Origin: Lingula anatina
Lineage: Eukaryota; Animalia; Brachiopoda
DNA: 64,000 nucleotides
Assembly (NCBI GenBank): GCA_051362555.1
Contig: CM120640.1
Location: 43,316,788-43,380,787, forward strand
Direction: 5' to 3'
A program made the translations under genes and the position numbers. Below, piece after piece: positions 1 through 11,588 of this stretch (its first letter is position 1; every line of letters starts with the position of its first letter). Below the pieces are notes generated by a model. It was not told the DNA's origin. It did not search any database and saw only the letters and a program-made list of their open reading frames with translations.

Positions 1-268
1 TGAAACAACCTTGTCAATTGTAGATTGCGATAAGGTTGGCCTTTTCGAGTGGTTCAGGAGTAATGACACGTTCAATGTATTTGGAACAATTTAGATAAAA
101 ATGTGTATTATAGCTGGTTATATCTGTGGCCAAGGATATGGATATGTAGGTAAAGAACAATTTTACTAGAGAGAGAAAAAAACAGACTACTACTGAAAGA
201 TTTCAAGGAGAGAGGAAAGAAATCGATCTCCCCCCCCAATCCCCTTGACCATCCCTAAACATGGCCAA

Positions 269-483
269 GGGCGCATTCCCATAGATTTTAGATCGATCTA
301 TCCCCGTGGGGAGTCTCACTAGATTACTGTCAGATATTCCGGCTTAAATGTCCGTCCCGCCTACTACAAGCTGTAAGGGGGTAATTAACTTTCGTGCCCG
401 CTCGGCTGACAGCTATTTAGCGCGAACCCCCAGGGAGTTAGTTCGATCTAGTTGGATCGATCTAATCTCTGGGAATGGGGTCT
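269..483. mobile_element. ~215-bp MITE (family A, copy 1), PIF/Harbinger-like termini
   Basis: Imperfect terminal inverted repeats (CATTCCCATAGATTTTAGATCGATC vs GATCGATCTAATCTCTGGGAATG). A highly similar reverse-complement copy lies at 48333-48548. No coding capacity; target-site duplication not clean. Confidence 0.8.
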
Positions 484-1697
484 AAGCTACGTGACTAGTT
501 GCACATATACATATATATAAAGAAATGGCCGAGCCCGGTGTGAAGGCACATTGAGCTAGCAATAACATCATTTCATTGTGCAGCAAATTGATATAACTTT
601 CTGACAAGCGCTGCATGACAGTCCTTGTGCAAATGTGCAAATAATATTGGTGAGAAAACAGTCCTTCACACTTACATAACAAAGTGTCTCTCTTTCATGA
701 GTCCAGTGTACGACCTTATATGACAATGTATGTGTAACTTCAATTATAGCAAAGAAACGGAAAAAAATTATCTCACATTTCTGTAAAGAAGTATCATTTA
801 TATCACCAATGCGGAAATCAATAGGGATTGGATAACTTGCTGTTGTCATTTAGTAGAAATCCGCCTAGAAAAAGAGACTACATTTCAAAAATAATTTCCC
901 ATGACAGCCAAAGAAAAAGAAAAACAAACAAACAAAAGAAAAAAAAAAAACATTGCACATCCATTCTTTTTAATGATATCAAAGAAATACAATAAGAAAT
1001 AAGGACTCAAAATGTTATTCGACCAACAATTTTAGAAGTAATTAGATTTTTCAGTTATCATGAAATGCGCAACGTCCATAATGATCAAAAATCGGTGAAA
1101 AGCATTGAAATAGATGGGAATGCATTACTCATGTGTATTAATTTTTTTCTGTTTTGTTTACTACATTGTAGAACGTGAAGATGTGTAGAATTATGTGAAG
1201 GTATTGGCCATTCGCGCTAGCGGATGAAGAATATAGGATAGAGAGAAATACCAGATATAATTGGCCTGGAACCTCCCCTTAATCTGTGCATAGGGCAGGA
1301 CAAATTTACACAATGATCACTTAATGAAAATTTAAATTTTAAAGCTACATTTGACCATGGAAGTAGACATACTGACTAATGCCGAGTGTCGTTGTGCACA
1401 GAGTTCAGTACCCAACCTAAGAAATTAATATTCTTTATATTTCTAAGTATGAATTTTCAATTAAAACATTATAGGTCTTAAAAAAGTTCAAATTCCGCCA
1501 AGCCTCTGTTACAAAGATAACCTCACAACATACCATTTACCTCAACTTTGAGGAAATCAATTGTAATTGGTTAAGCCGATGCTATTATTTAAAGCGAAAA
1601 CTAATTTTAGGGAAAAATCATGCAGAGGTGCAGTCTGAATATAAATGACACCATCTCATGCAAGGTCAAAAAACAAGGTTGCGTATACCTGCACTGG

Positions 1698-1705
1698 TAT
1701 AAATA
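1698..1705 (+). promoter_or_regulatory. TATA box of the vWA gene
   Basis: TATAAATA about 80 bp upstream of the signal-peptide ATG at 1781. Confidence 0.5.
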
Positions 1706-1780
1706 TAGCGGCAAGTCTGAAATAAGGAACACTGCAACTAATAATTCGCTGCACCTTCTAGAGAGAATAAGTCTCCGACT

Positions 1781-3199
1781 ATGCATTTCAACGCAGTGCT
1801 GGCATTACTTCTTACTGTTGGTCCATTATGCGTCCTAGGACAGGCTCTAGGTAAGTGTCATTCTATTCTAATCATTCGGTAAAAGGACGGTATGAAGCTG
1901 TTTTAAAAGCCGTGCTCAATTTGGCAAGGAATTTTCATTCTGTCCAAAAATTCACTTTTGAATTGAAGAGATTGCATATGCTCTTGTTCTCCCTTATTTC
2001 CAGTTCCCCTCAACAGGGGTAGAGACGCTGGAGCTTCAATTTTTGACACCCTAGATGCAATATTGAGCGGATCGCAATACCATAATGTCATGTTCCTAAT
2101 GGACAGCAGTGGAAGCATATCAGACTCTGAGTTCGCCGTATCAAAGGAAGCGACACAGGTTTGTTTCAAGTTACAATAAAAAGATCCTCTGTAGCAAAAC
2201 CATTTTTTTAATATCGTAAGACATTTAAGATTCGGATCAAGGAACTGGAGACGGATGTGGAATTAATAACCACAGGCAGTAATTCGATTGCTTCAAAATT
2301 TTACAACGAATGATATTAGGTCACAGAGGAGATTGCGATTCGCTGCAGTCGCCGATTCACCTAAGACAGTTTCCGAATCAGAATCTGTCCAGGTGACGGT
2401 TTCCGCTTGTGATCTGTCCTAGGAGAAAGACCGATTCTCCTAGGTCAGATTGTTACTTCTGGCAGTTCTAACAAACACTGACAGTGTGCCAACTGATAAG
2501 TGTCAATCAAGTGCAATCAGTACAAGATTCTCATAAGGTATCAGTACAGCAATTCGGGTAATTGTCTGTCCTTCAAAACTGCTAGCTGCTTTCGGATAAC
2601 TTCTAACAGGCTTTCGGATATAACCTATATGTTATCAAATGTCGTAAAAACTTAAGTATTTCTTTTGTATGTAACACAGCTACAAAAGATTTAGATAAGC
2701 TATGAAAAAGATGGGGTAATACCCAAATAAAACAAAAATATTTATTGATTGTACAAACAACTTTGATATATCAATATAAAATGAAATAAACTCATTTTGG
2801 TGTAAAATCAGATGATTTTAGTTTCGGTGTGAGATTAGATAATGTAAAATTTATTGTTTAAGTCGAGAAAAATAGTAATTCCTAGAGTTTTATACTAATT
2901 TGGTAGTTTTAAGCTTTTTTCTTTGATATACCTCTCTGAATAGATGTATACTATACAAAATTATTAATTTTGACTTGCTGAACATTTTGAATATAATGAA
3001 TGGCAGACCTTGACTTCTTTAAAGACTGATTTATTTAATAACTGTACAAATTCCTTTTATATGAAACCATCATCCATTTTGCATTTTTACTAGCTGAAGA
3101 AAGCAAACTGATGGATTAGCAACAGTACTAAGAGAATCGGTGGACAGATCACGCTCATAAACTGTTTTATGACAGGCAATTGTACTGAATCGCAACCTC

Positions 3200-3241
<42 letters not shown>

Positions 3242-4961
3242 TCTTTTTATGTATTTTTTGTGTGTACAGGCAATTCTTAGCGTCGTTGATTTCATCCCTT
3301 CATCCAACGCTATAGCATCAGATAAACATAAGATAGGTCTGGTGCGGTTCTCTTCTGATGCAAACACAAAGGTCATAATCAAATTGGGGGAGCATGCTAG
3401 CTTCAGTAAGAACAACGAGGAAATTGGCAAGGTGGTAAAAGAAGGTAAATTGGAACGATCACATGAATACAGTGTGTCAGCATTTGGAACATTGGTCGAG
3501 TGTTTTTTAAAGTTTCTTCGTATTGTACTAAAAGGCTTGAACGGTTTCCTCTAAAATGCATGATTTTTCTTTAATTGTAACACATTTTCAAATAACCATG
3601 GTTGATATTTAAATTAAGTCGAACCAACAGACATGTAGATCTCTGCTAAGCACTGCTGCCACTACCGTTCAAGGCTAGCGCCTTTGCAATACTTTTCTTG
3701 TGTTGGCTTCTTATTCTGTATGTAGGCCTACTTATAGCTCAGAATTGGTCTGTAAAGTTTCTGAAATCGTCACGTAAACGACATATATTACAGTTTCATA
3801 GCAAGTAAATATTGTTTGTAATAAGCAAATAACCATTTTTTTTGCTGAAAAAAAACACCCACTTTAAAAATACAATTCATACGTGTATTTACACAACTTT
3901 TTTTTTTTATTTTAGGCGGTTTGACTAACACCAAAAAAGGCTTACTACTCGCTCAACTACAGTTGGGATTTCGAGGAGGATCTGCTAGAAAGCAACTTAT
4001 CTGGATGTCAACTGATGGCATGTCCAATGAAGGAGGGGATCCCATTGATACAGCAAATAGTTTGAAGGGACGGGGTGAGTATTGTCATGCCGTTAGAAGA
4101 GTAAGCGCAACATTTCAACCGATTTGCACAGCCGATGTGTGGGTGCTCAGATTCGTTACTTAGCTGAAATGCTTATTTCAAAATTGAATGAATCGCTGCA
4201 TTGGCTTGATTGGTTCACACATTTTCTCTTTTCCCTGTGTAAAGCCACTTTTGCCAACTAATTTTAAGCCATGCTAAGAAAAAATAGCTTCAACAGATGA
4301 CGAATTAGCAACATATTAACGCCAACGTATAGAAAGACAATTATACAATCTTCTCTTTGCAATTCCCTGTGGTTTTACGGACCCAATTTTCGATGCATGA
4401 ACATGTTAAAATAATAATCATCATTATTATTATTATTATATTTAGAAACCAAGTATGGTCTTACATTTATTTAGATATGTAGCTACGTGTATTACTTTCA
4501 GTAAAACGATGCCTGAAAATTCATTTTGAGAATTAAATTAAGGTTAAGTGAAATTTTGTTAATTGCATATAAACTCCAATAATATAGGAAAATCACCCTT
4601 AGTTCACATATTTGCTTAAAATATTTGCCGATACATCAATGTAGGCTATTCAATGAAAATTTCCTGCGATACCATGTCAGTCACTATCAAGTTTTTCTAT
4701 CTTATCATCAATGAGTCTGATCTGCTTTATTTGTGAAATTGATATCGGTCATGAAGAGATATGCAAAATTTCGCTTTAGGTGTCACCATTTGCGTCACTG
4801 CCATTGGAAACAGCGTAAACCATGCCGAAATTTATGGTATGGCTTCGTCTGTAACGGTCCAAGGAGAGTCGAGGAAATGTGTCTTCGAGGTGGCCTCGTA
4901 CAGTGCGTATGATGCTGCAGCCCAATCTGCGAGAGCCAGAGCCAGTGCCAGGGGAAAATAA
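1781..4961 (+). CDS. Secreted single von Willebrand factor A (vWA) domain protein, ~246 aa, 5 exons
   Basis: Exons 1781-1850, 2004-2158, 3270-3444, 3916-4074, 4780-4961; all introns GT-AG and phase-compatible. Signal peptide MHFNAVLALLLTVGPLCVLG; MIDAS motif FLMDSSGSI...GGLTNT...STDG; IGLVRFS strand; AATAAA near 5127. Confidence 0.88.
3202..3239. repeat. (TA)n microsatellite
   Basis: Pure AT dinucleotide run in vWA intron 2. Confidence 0.95.
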
Positions 4962-5220
4962 GCCCGTTTTGAAGGCCAGAAAGGCCCAGACCGGTCACAG
5001 TGTTTAGTGTTTCCATTATGACAGATCAACGTGGCTGTTGTCAGTTTTTATACAATTATTTTTGCTTTTCATCAAATTATTTCACTTTCGATAATCTACT
5101 TACGAATGTCCAAATTACATTATGGAAATAAAAGGTTTTAGTGCAGTTTATATATATATGTGTGTGGTTTGTTTAAAAAAAAAAAGAAAGAACTTTTTAT
5201 GGTTGTTTCTCTGGCGTTAA

Positions 5221-5326
5221 GGCCCCTACATGTTGTTACAGAAGTTACTGGCAATGATATCATCTTTCCTTTCAAGAACAAAAAGTATTCATGTTAAAGC
5301 AAAATATGCATGAGGGTACGGGGGTC
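5221..5326. mobile_element. Short Harbinger-like MITE remnant
   Basis: TAA on both sides (5218-5220, 5327-5329); imperfect inverted ends GGCCCCTAC / GTACGGGGGTC. Confidence 0.35.
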
Positions 5327-7322
5327 TAAAATATACACCCGAGAAGCTTCTTATTTTCAAATGGTCTAAAACCAAGACAATATGTTAACAAAATAAGATA
5401 TAAAAGACATAAAATGATACACCAGTCGCAGGTGTAAGTTATATGAACTGATCCATGTGCCATTACAAATCGTTGGTACATGTATATTTTCATTTTTTTC
5501 TCTAAGAGCATAAAAGCAGCGCACAAAATTATAAGCCTTGCTGAGAACCATGACTCGTTGGATAGCTTTTTTCACAGGTTTTAAATCCCCACTATTGATC
5601 GTTTAAAATCGAGAATACTTCAACAGGTAGCTATACTAGTCTGATTTAAAGGACAATGGTCATATAAAAATCCATTTCTCGAATTTTGAAGATTCAGCAC
5701 TCAATCTATACACTAGAGGTATGTTTCAATCGATCCCCGCCATTTAAAAATTATAAAAACAATCTATTAGTAGTAAAAAAGCGTTTTAGTAAACCTCACC
5801 TCAATATGCATAAATGAAGCAACAGATCTGGGTCACGCGGTACTGTGACGACAATGAGGATAAAAGTCAATGAGACTTAACTGAGCTGCATGATGCAAAC
5901 AGACAGAATAATTTTGGAAAGTTGTGTTGAACGGCGTTGAGCAATTTTCTTTATGCCTCAGTGTGTTGCCGTGGGATTCACCAAAATTGAAGCACTCCTT
6001 GACTATCTTTCTTTGTCTGTGACGGTCTTCCGTGACTAACTTACTAACTTCGGTGACAATAGTTGCCATGCTCGCGATCTCGGTCACCTCAGGTGTTTTA
6101 GATCATATCAAAAGCTGACAGTCTTTTAGATACTGTGATCAGTTGGCAAGCTTACTAATTGCTGATGCATTTTTAAATGCATTGTAGTTGACCAAGAGCT
6201 CGTTAACAATAAAACCTGTTAATTATGCACCGCTGCACTTCCCAAGCCAGGTAATAACAGGTAACAGGTATGAAACTCGTCTTGATGGGCTTTCAGATTT
6301 TTCAATATACAGTATATCATTTATTTTATGGAGTTATTTTATTGGTATTTGTAAATGACGTTAAATATCAATATTTAAACAATTAAGTTCAAATACGGTC
6401 GCGAACATTAATAAAAGAAATTGCTCTCCGGTTATCTTGAAGCATGCGTATGCCCAGGCTATACTTCCGTGGAAGAAAACGTGTTGAGGAAAAACAGGAA
6501 AAAGAGCGTTATATTATTATAAAAGAAAAAAATGGGAACTGCTGTAATAAAATGGTTCGTAATCCTAATTCGTGTACGCTTTGAGGATTTGTTTTTGAAG
6601 ATTATTTCATCTGAAATATTAAATAATTTTAAAGATTAATCATTTTATAACTTGAAACGCAAATTCTGCGTCTGTACGCAAAACTTTTTGCAAATTTGTA
6701 AGCTTATAACACCGTGCTATAAAGATCTACTCAAGAAAAAAATTTGCTTGGGTAAAATTGAGTACGGAATGAACTGGAGACACTTGGCTTGTCATTAAGT
6801 TTACACGAAAATATGTCAGATAACTTTATACTGTCTTTGAAAGAGTAAAGACTGAAAGATAATTTTAGACAAACTTTGACGGGGAAATATCTACAAAGAG
6901 TAAAGGGCTATTTCGCCAACATCTTGTTGAAAATTTTATACTGCAATTCTTATTTAAATAAGCTAAGGAACTAATTGCCAAATTTAGACTCTCATCACAT
7001 AACAGGGGCGTAACCAGACCTGCAAAAATTGTACGCACAGATTTAAAAAAATTACAGGCACGTACAGCAAAATGTAGACTTACGAAAAAAAACACGAAGG
7101 ACAGCGTAATCACAGCAAATGTACCTCATATAGTAGCTTGATTTCCATTAATAATAAAATCATCATTTAATTAAGTCAAAAATATTCTCGCGATTTAATA
7201 AATATTCTAATTTACCCAGAACGGTATATTTATTTTAAAGGCGGCTAACTGATATATAGTTTTATGATTTGTTTGTGAAAATTGCCCATGTCACCCTGTT
7301 AGTTTGGAGGTCTAAGCTGGAT

Positions 7323-7776
7323 TACCCTCTACCAGGGCGACTGATAGATTTTTACAGATATTCACAGATATGTCTCTAGCTAGATAGATGGTTATTTTGA
7401 GCTGAAGTCACTCTGTTGAGGAATCTCAAGGCTGATTACATGGCTGGTAATATTTTGCATAACTGCTCAGGCACTGCCACTTAGCAGGTCCAGTCTAAGT
7501 CTGCGTGACAGCAATCAAGACAGTTAATTGCTCTGACTTCACTTGCTCTTCTGTGACAGATAAAAAAGCCTTAGACTGGTTGCGTAACGAGCAGTTATCA
7601 TATCATTGTGAAGCTCAGCTCATGCAGAGCAAGAGCAGAGCCTTTGGTGCGCGCGCAGAGATAATTGTTTCCACATGGGATTCCTCAACAGGGTGACTTC
7701 AGCCCAAAATGACCATCTATCATAGAGACATCTGTGAATATCTGTAAAAATCTATCAGTCGCCCTGGTAGAGGGTA
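7323..7776. mobile_element. Nested long-TIR MITE (MULE-like, 9-bp TSD)
   Basis: ~100-bp TIRs starting TACCCTCTACCAGGGCGACTGATAG, first ~47 bp perfect. Flanks AAGCTGGAT (7314-7322) and AAGCTAGAT (7777-7785) form a 9-bp TSD with one mismatch. Confidence 0.85.
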
Positions 7777-8070
7777 AAGCTAGATCAAGTCCGTGTTAAA
7801 ATTCCTATGAAGCTGTGCAAGAAAAATTCTTCCTTTCTTTCTCTAGCTCCTCGATAAACCTGGTGTTCAGATCTTATTTAGTACCCACAGGTCTACGGGA
7901 GCTGTTCTTTGAAACTAACGCACAGGTAGATTTTTACCTGAGATAACTGGAGTAAAGCTTAGAGAGTGCGTTCGATACAAGCAAGATAAATTGAATGCCA
8001 ATTAACCCTCTAATTAAGAGGTAAAGTAAGTTCCAGTTAGATGGATCATTAAGATAGGACTTGTAAAGGT
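7777..8070 (+). repeat. Conserved internal module, copy 1 (shared with 43973-44247)
   Basis: Co-linear similarity by eye, e.g. TTTCTCTAGCTCC, AAACCTGGTGT, CGGGAGCTG, TTTACCTGAG, TTAAGAGGTAAAG, AAGTTCCAGTTAGATGGA. Confidence 0.85.
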
Positions 8071-9419
8071 AACGGGCATTGTTTACCTCAGTTTAATAAA
8101 AGTATGCAAGACGGGGTGTCATCGGTTTAATAAAATAAATTGAATTTCACAAATAACATTGACCTCATATGCAATAATCAACAGTACCCTTAACTCATTC
8201 AAATGCAGTGTTTTATACAACTTGGGATAACCATAATTAAATGCTCGTTAAAGAATTGACTAGACGGGAAATGGTTTTACACAGCTTCACCAGGATTTAG
8301 ACCCCTAGGGTAAGAGATTTGAATGAGTATAAACTTTTATCAGAAGCCAGAAAAGTCATCTTACAGGTAGACAATGCAGCTCAGTTTGACAGCTAAGAAC
8401 GCTCTGTTCTCCGGTGGCACGATTGTCGTCATCGGACCACGTGCCCACATAGCTCATTAACTCCCAGGCCGAGCAAAAAGGACGCTTTTTAAAGGCAAAA
8501 ATTTACAAAATGAGCTTTTAATTTGTGTATATGGATAAAGGTATCGTTAGTTGGGCATGTTTTCTGAAGAATATGTTCCGTTCAGGCCATTCTAACGGCA
8601 TGACCATTGTCCTTTAAGTTAATGAGCAAATAATTAAAGTAAGCACATGGTTGACAATCCATTTGCTCGCCCCCTTCATGTGTTTTAGTACACAACGTAC
8701 GTAGGCCCTATATTTATCTTGAAAAATCCCATACGTACTAGTACTTAACCAGTGGCGCGGAGATACTTTGTTTAGACCATGCCTCATACACAAATTACAG
8801 AAGAAACTATCGCCTCTTATTTCTTCTTCAGTATTGTAGGTAATAAAAGATGGTCATTCGCATCTCCCTTTCAAAGAAACATTTGCTTTAAAAAAGGACC
8901 GATTACCGGTCGAGCGAAATACACTATCCATCTCCAGTAAAGCATTCACTAAATGTCAAAAATCTTCTTAAAGTTCACTTGCTTTATCTGCTTAGAAAAG
9001 GAGGACCCCACTCTCACACACTTGACAAAAGACAGCAAATTTGAGTGTACAAGTATGCTGTTGTAAACAACAGTACGAACAATGAAATGGAATTTGTGAA
9101 GTTAAGGAAATAAATACTTATACTAATATCTTGATAGAACCCGAAAGATTACATGACCCACCTGGCCGTTATTGGCTACAGGTAAACAATAGCAAGTAAA
9201 CAGTATGCGCAGTTCAACTTCGCGCAGACGTAGTTAATGACACCAACAAGATGGCGAAGAGAGTATTATGTTATACCTGTACGCCAAAGAACTGTACGCC
9301 TAACTGACACTTATTTTGGGGATTTATTTTGTACTGGGAATCGTCGCCAAACTTTAGTAACTATAATGGTGGCATGTAACAATAATGGTGGCGAGATGAA
9401 AGTTTTCCACAAGAGTCAG

Positions 9420-9624
9420 ATGTTTGAAATGGGAGTAATGCAATTAGTTATAATCAGCATGTGTCTTGTCAGCATAGTTTACGTCGTGAACGGAACAGAC
9501 TCGTATAAAGTTATGAAAACAAAGCTAGGTGCTGGTAAGTTAATTTAGGAAGCTAGTAGTACAGCGTAAAATAATAGAATGCTATGACTACGAAATGGTA
9601 ATCGGGGTGTCCACTTTACACACG

Positions 9625-9665
<41 letters not shown>

Positions 9666-11196
9666 AGAGGGAGGGAATAAGCCGTTTGCTGTAGTAGCTA
9701 GTTTGAGATCAACTTCATATTATCCTTAATTATCAGATTCCAGTAATCAATAAGCACATTTATTAAACCTCCCCGTGGTATAACATTTTCGCATTTGTAT
9801 TTATAGGTTTATTTATTGAACTCATTCCAATTAAGTAAAAGGCGTTTAATTGTTTGCATGATAAAGTTTTCTAAAAAAAAAAAAAAAAGGCATTTGCAAT
9901 GATTTTAACTATACTCTGATCAAGAATTGTTTTTTCTAGGAGAAGGCTGTATTGACATCGATGGGAATCCCCGAACACACCTGGAATACTGGAACACTAC
10001 TGATACCTGTGACAAAATCATCTGCTGGAATGGAAGATTAGCCAATTTTACGATAACACAACAGTATGATCGCTCACTAAAGAGATTAAATATAATGATA
10101 AATTATTAATTAAATAAAAATTTAAAAAACTAAAAATTCGAAGTTTTCCCCGTTAAATCACTTCGATATTTTATCTTCAAGTTTTAAAATATTATGTCAA
10201 AGTACGGTGGCATGATATGAATTTGCATTCTGCCACTAAATCGAGCTTATATAAAGAATAATTGTGAGTGATCTTGTTGTGTATCTCACCAAAATTTGTT
10301 GAACTAATTTTACTACAACTGACTTTTTTCCAGATGCCACAGTTTTGATGCAGGGGAAAATCCTGACAGTACGAATTGTTTCGAAGTGGCAGACATGGCT
10401 CAGCCGTTTCCTTCCTGCTGTCCCTCGCTCGTATGCAATGCTACAGATTTTGTTGCCCCGACAGTAGCCAGTGAGTTATTGTTAATTAACTGCGTGGGAT
10501 TGTCTGTTGATATTCTACTACAGTTGCATTTTAGCTCTTTAATCAAACCATGGTGTTAAAGACTAAGGAATGTTTTCTTTACTCTTGCAAAAATAATATA
10601 TAGATGGAATTCCATAGCCTAGTAACCCATATACTGAGTACAACATGGATGGATCGGGGATGCGAGGAAGGAACACCTAATTCCTCTTGTCGAATATCCT
10701 TGGCTCTTTTTTTGAAACAGAAATATTATCCCGTGTGACTTCTGTATTACAACATTGATTTGTGATACAAACTGAGTAGTCATGATATTATTTTTCCAGC
10801 ATGCGGCGACTTGGCTACCGCGTACTCCTGCGACCTCTGGAAGAACCACTTTAGCGCGTGCGTCTTAAGTAGTGCAACATTTTCAGAATTGTTTAACTAC
10901 ACGCAACAATTCTGCCAACAAACCTGCGGGTAAGGCTTTTTTATTGTTCAATTTCAAGTTACATACATCTTATTTGTATCACCGTCTTTTAATCGCCAGT
11001 ACTACTGCTGTTTTAACTTATGAATATGACATGACATCGTCCTGCTTGTAGATAAAATAAAAAACTTACTTTACTTTGAAATACTTTTCTTCTCCCTTTT
11101 TTACCATATCAAAATCAATGTACCTAAAGTAAATGTAACACACACTAAGAATGTGTTAGATTATTTTTATCTTTCTTCCATTGCAGACTTTGCTAA
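9420..11196 (+). CDS. Secreted cysteine-rich protein: single-domain vWC (SVWC) plus C-terminal ShK-type domain, ~171 aa, 5 exons
   Basis: Exons 9420-9534 (in-frame ATGs also at 9366, 9396, 9429), 9940-10063, 10334-10470, 10800-10929, 11187-11196, phase-compatible. Hydrophobic leader; 8-Cys SVWC pattern ending PFPSCCPSLVC; 6-Cys ShK pattern CGDL...CDLW...C...FCQQTCGLC*. Confidence 0.82.
9617..9662. repeat. (CA)n/(CG)n microsatellite
   Basis: Dinucleotide run in intron 1 of the SVWC-ShK gene. Confidence 0.9.
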
Positions 11197-11588
11197 TCGA
11201 TACAGTTTTATATAATGAATGCAGAAACAAGAAAGCAATACCATGTCCAGGATCCAATTAGTCATTTATGGTTTGATACCTGTGGTACACACAAACTGGT
11301 GATGATATTCCATCCAAAGAAAGAACTGTTTCATGAAGTGGCTGGCCACTCTTAGTTTTATAAATATAACTGTTATCAAAACATTGTTTAGTATTATGAA
11401 TTTAACACCGACAATACAGGATTAAATACAACTGACTTTTCTTTGTTATTATACATCAATAAATATAGTATTTAACAAGGCAAAATCGTAAGTTGTAATT
11501 TTTTTTTAAATTTAGTTGATTTTGACTGTGTTAAAATCACCAATAAATAATATCATTGTATTATTGAAAACTGCAGTTTTATCATTAA

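Larger units (their letters stand above)
5650..8613. mobile_element. Non-autonomous TTAA-targeting DNA transposon (Kolobok-like), ~2.96 kb
   Basis: Perfect 14-bp TIR AGGACAATGGTCAT / ATGACCATTGTCCT flanked by TTAA at 5646-5649 and 8614-8617. RR...YY termini with a TTAA TSD are typical of Kolobok. No intact transposase. Confidence 0.75.

Noticed and set aside
1-866. Possible minus-strand exons (acceptor near 866, ORF 849-568, acceptor near 166)
   Set aside because: Splice-like signals exist, but every join I tried gives early stops or an unrecognisable peptide.
7777-8070. Minus-strand coding reading of the shared module (ELEKERKNFSC / [11 protein letters not shown])
   Set aside because: Both copies have an in-frame TAA just upstream, and most differences in that frame are non-synonymous.
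10694-10701. ATATCCTT U12-like donor in the SVWC-ShK gene
   Set aside because: It lies inside a normal GT-AG intron whose flanking exons already join in phase, and there is no matching U12 branch point.
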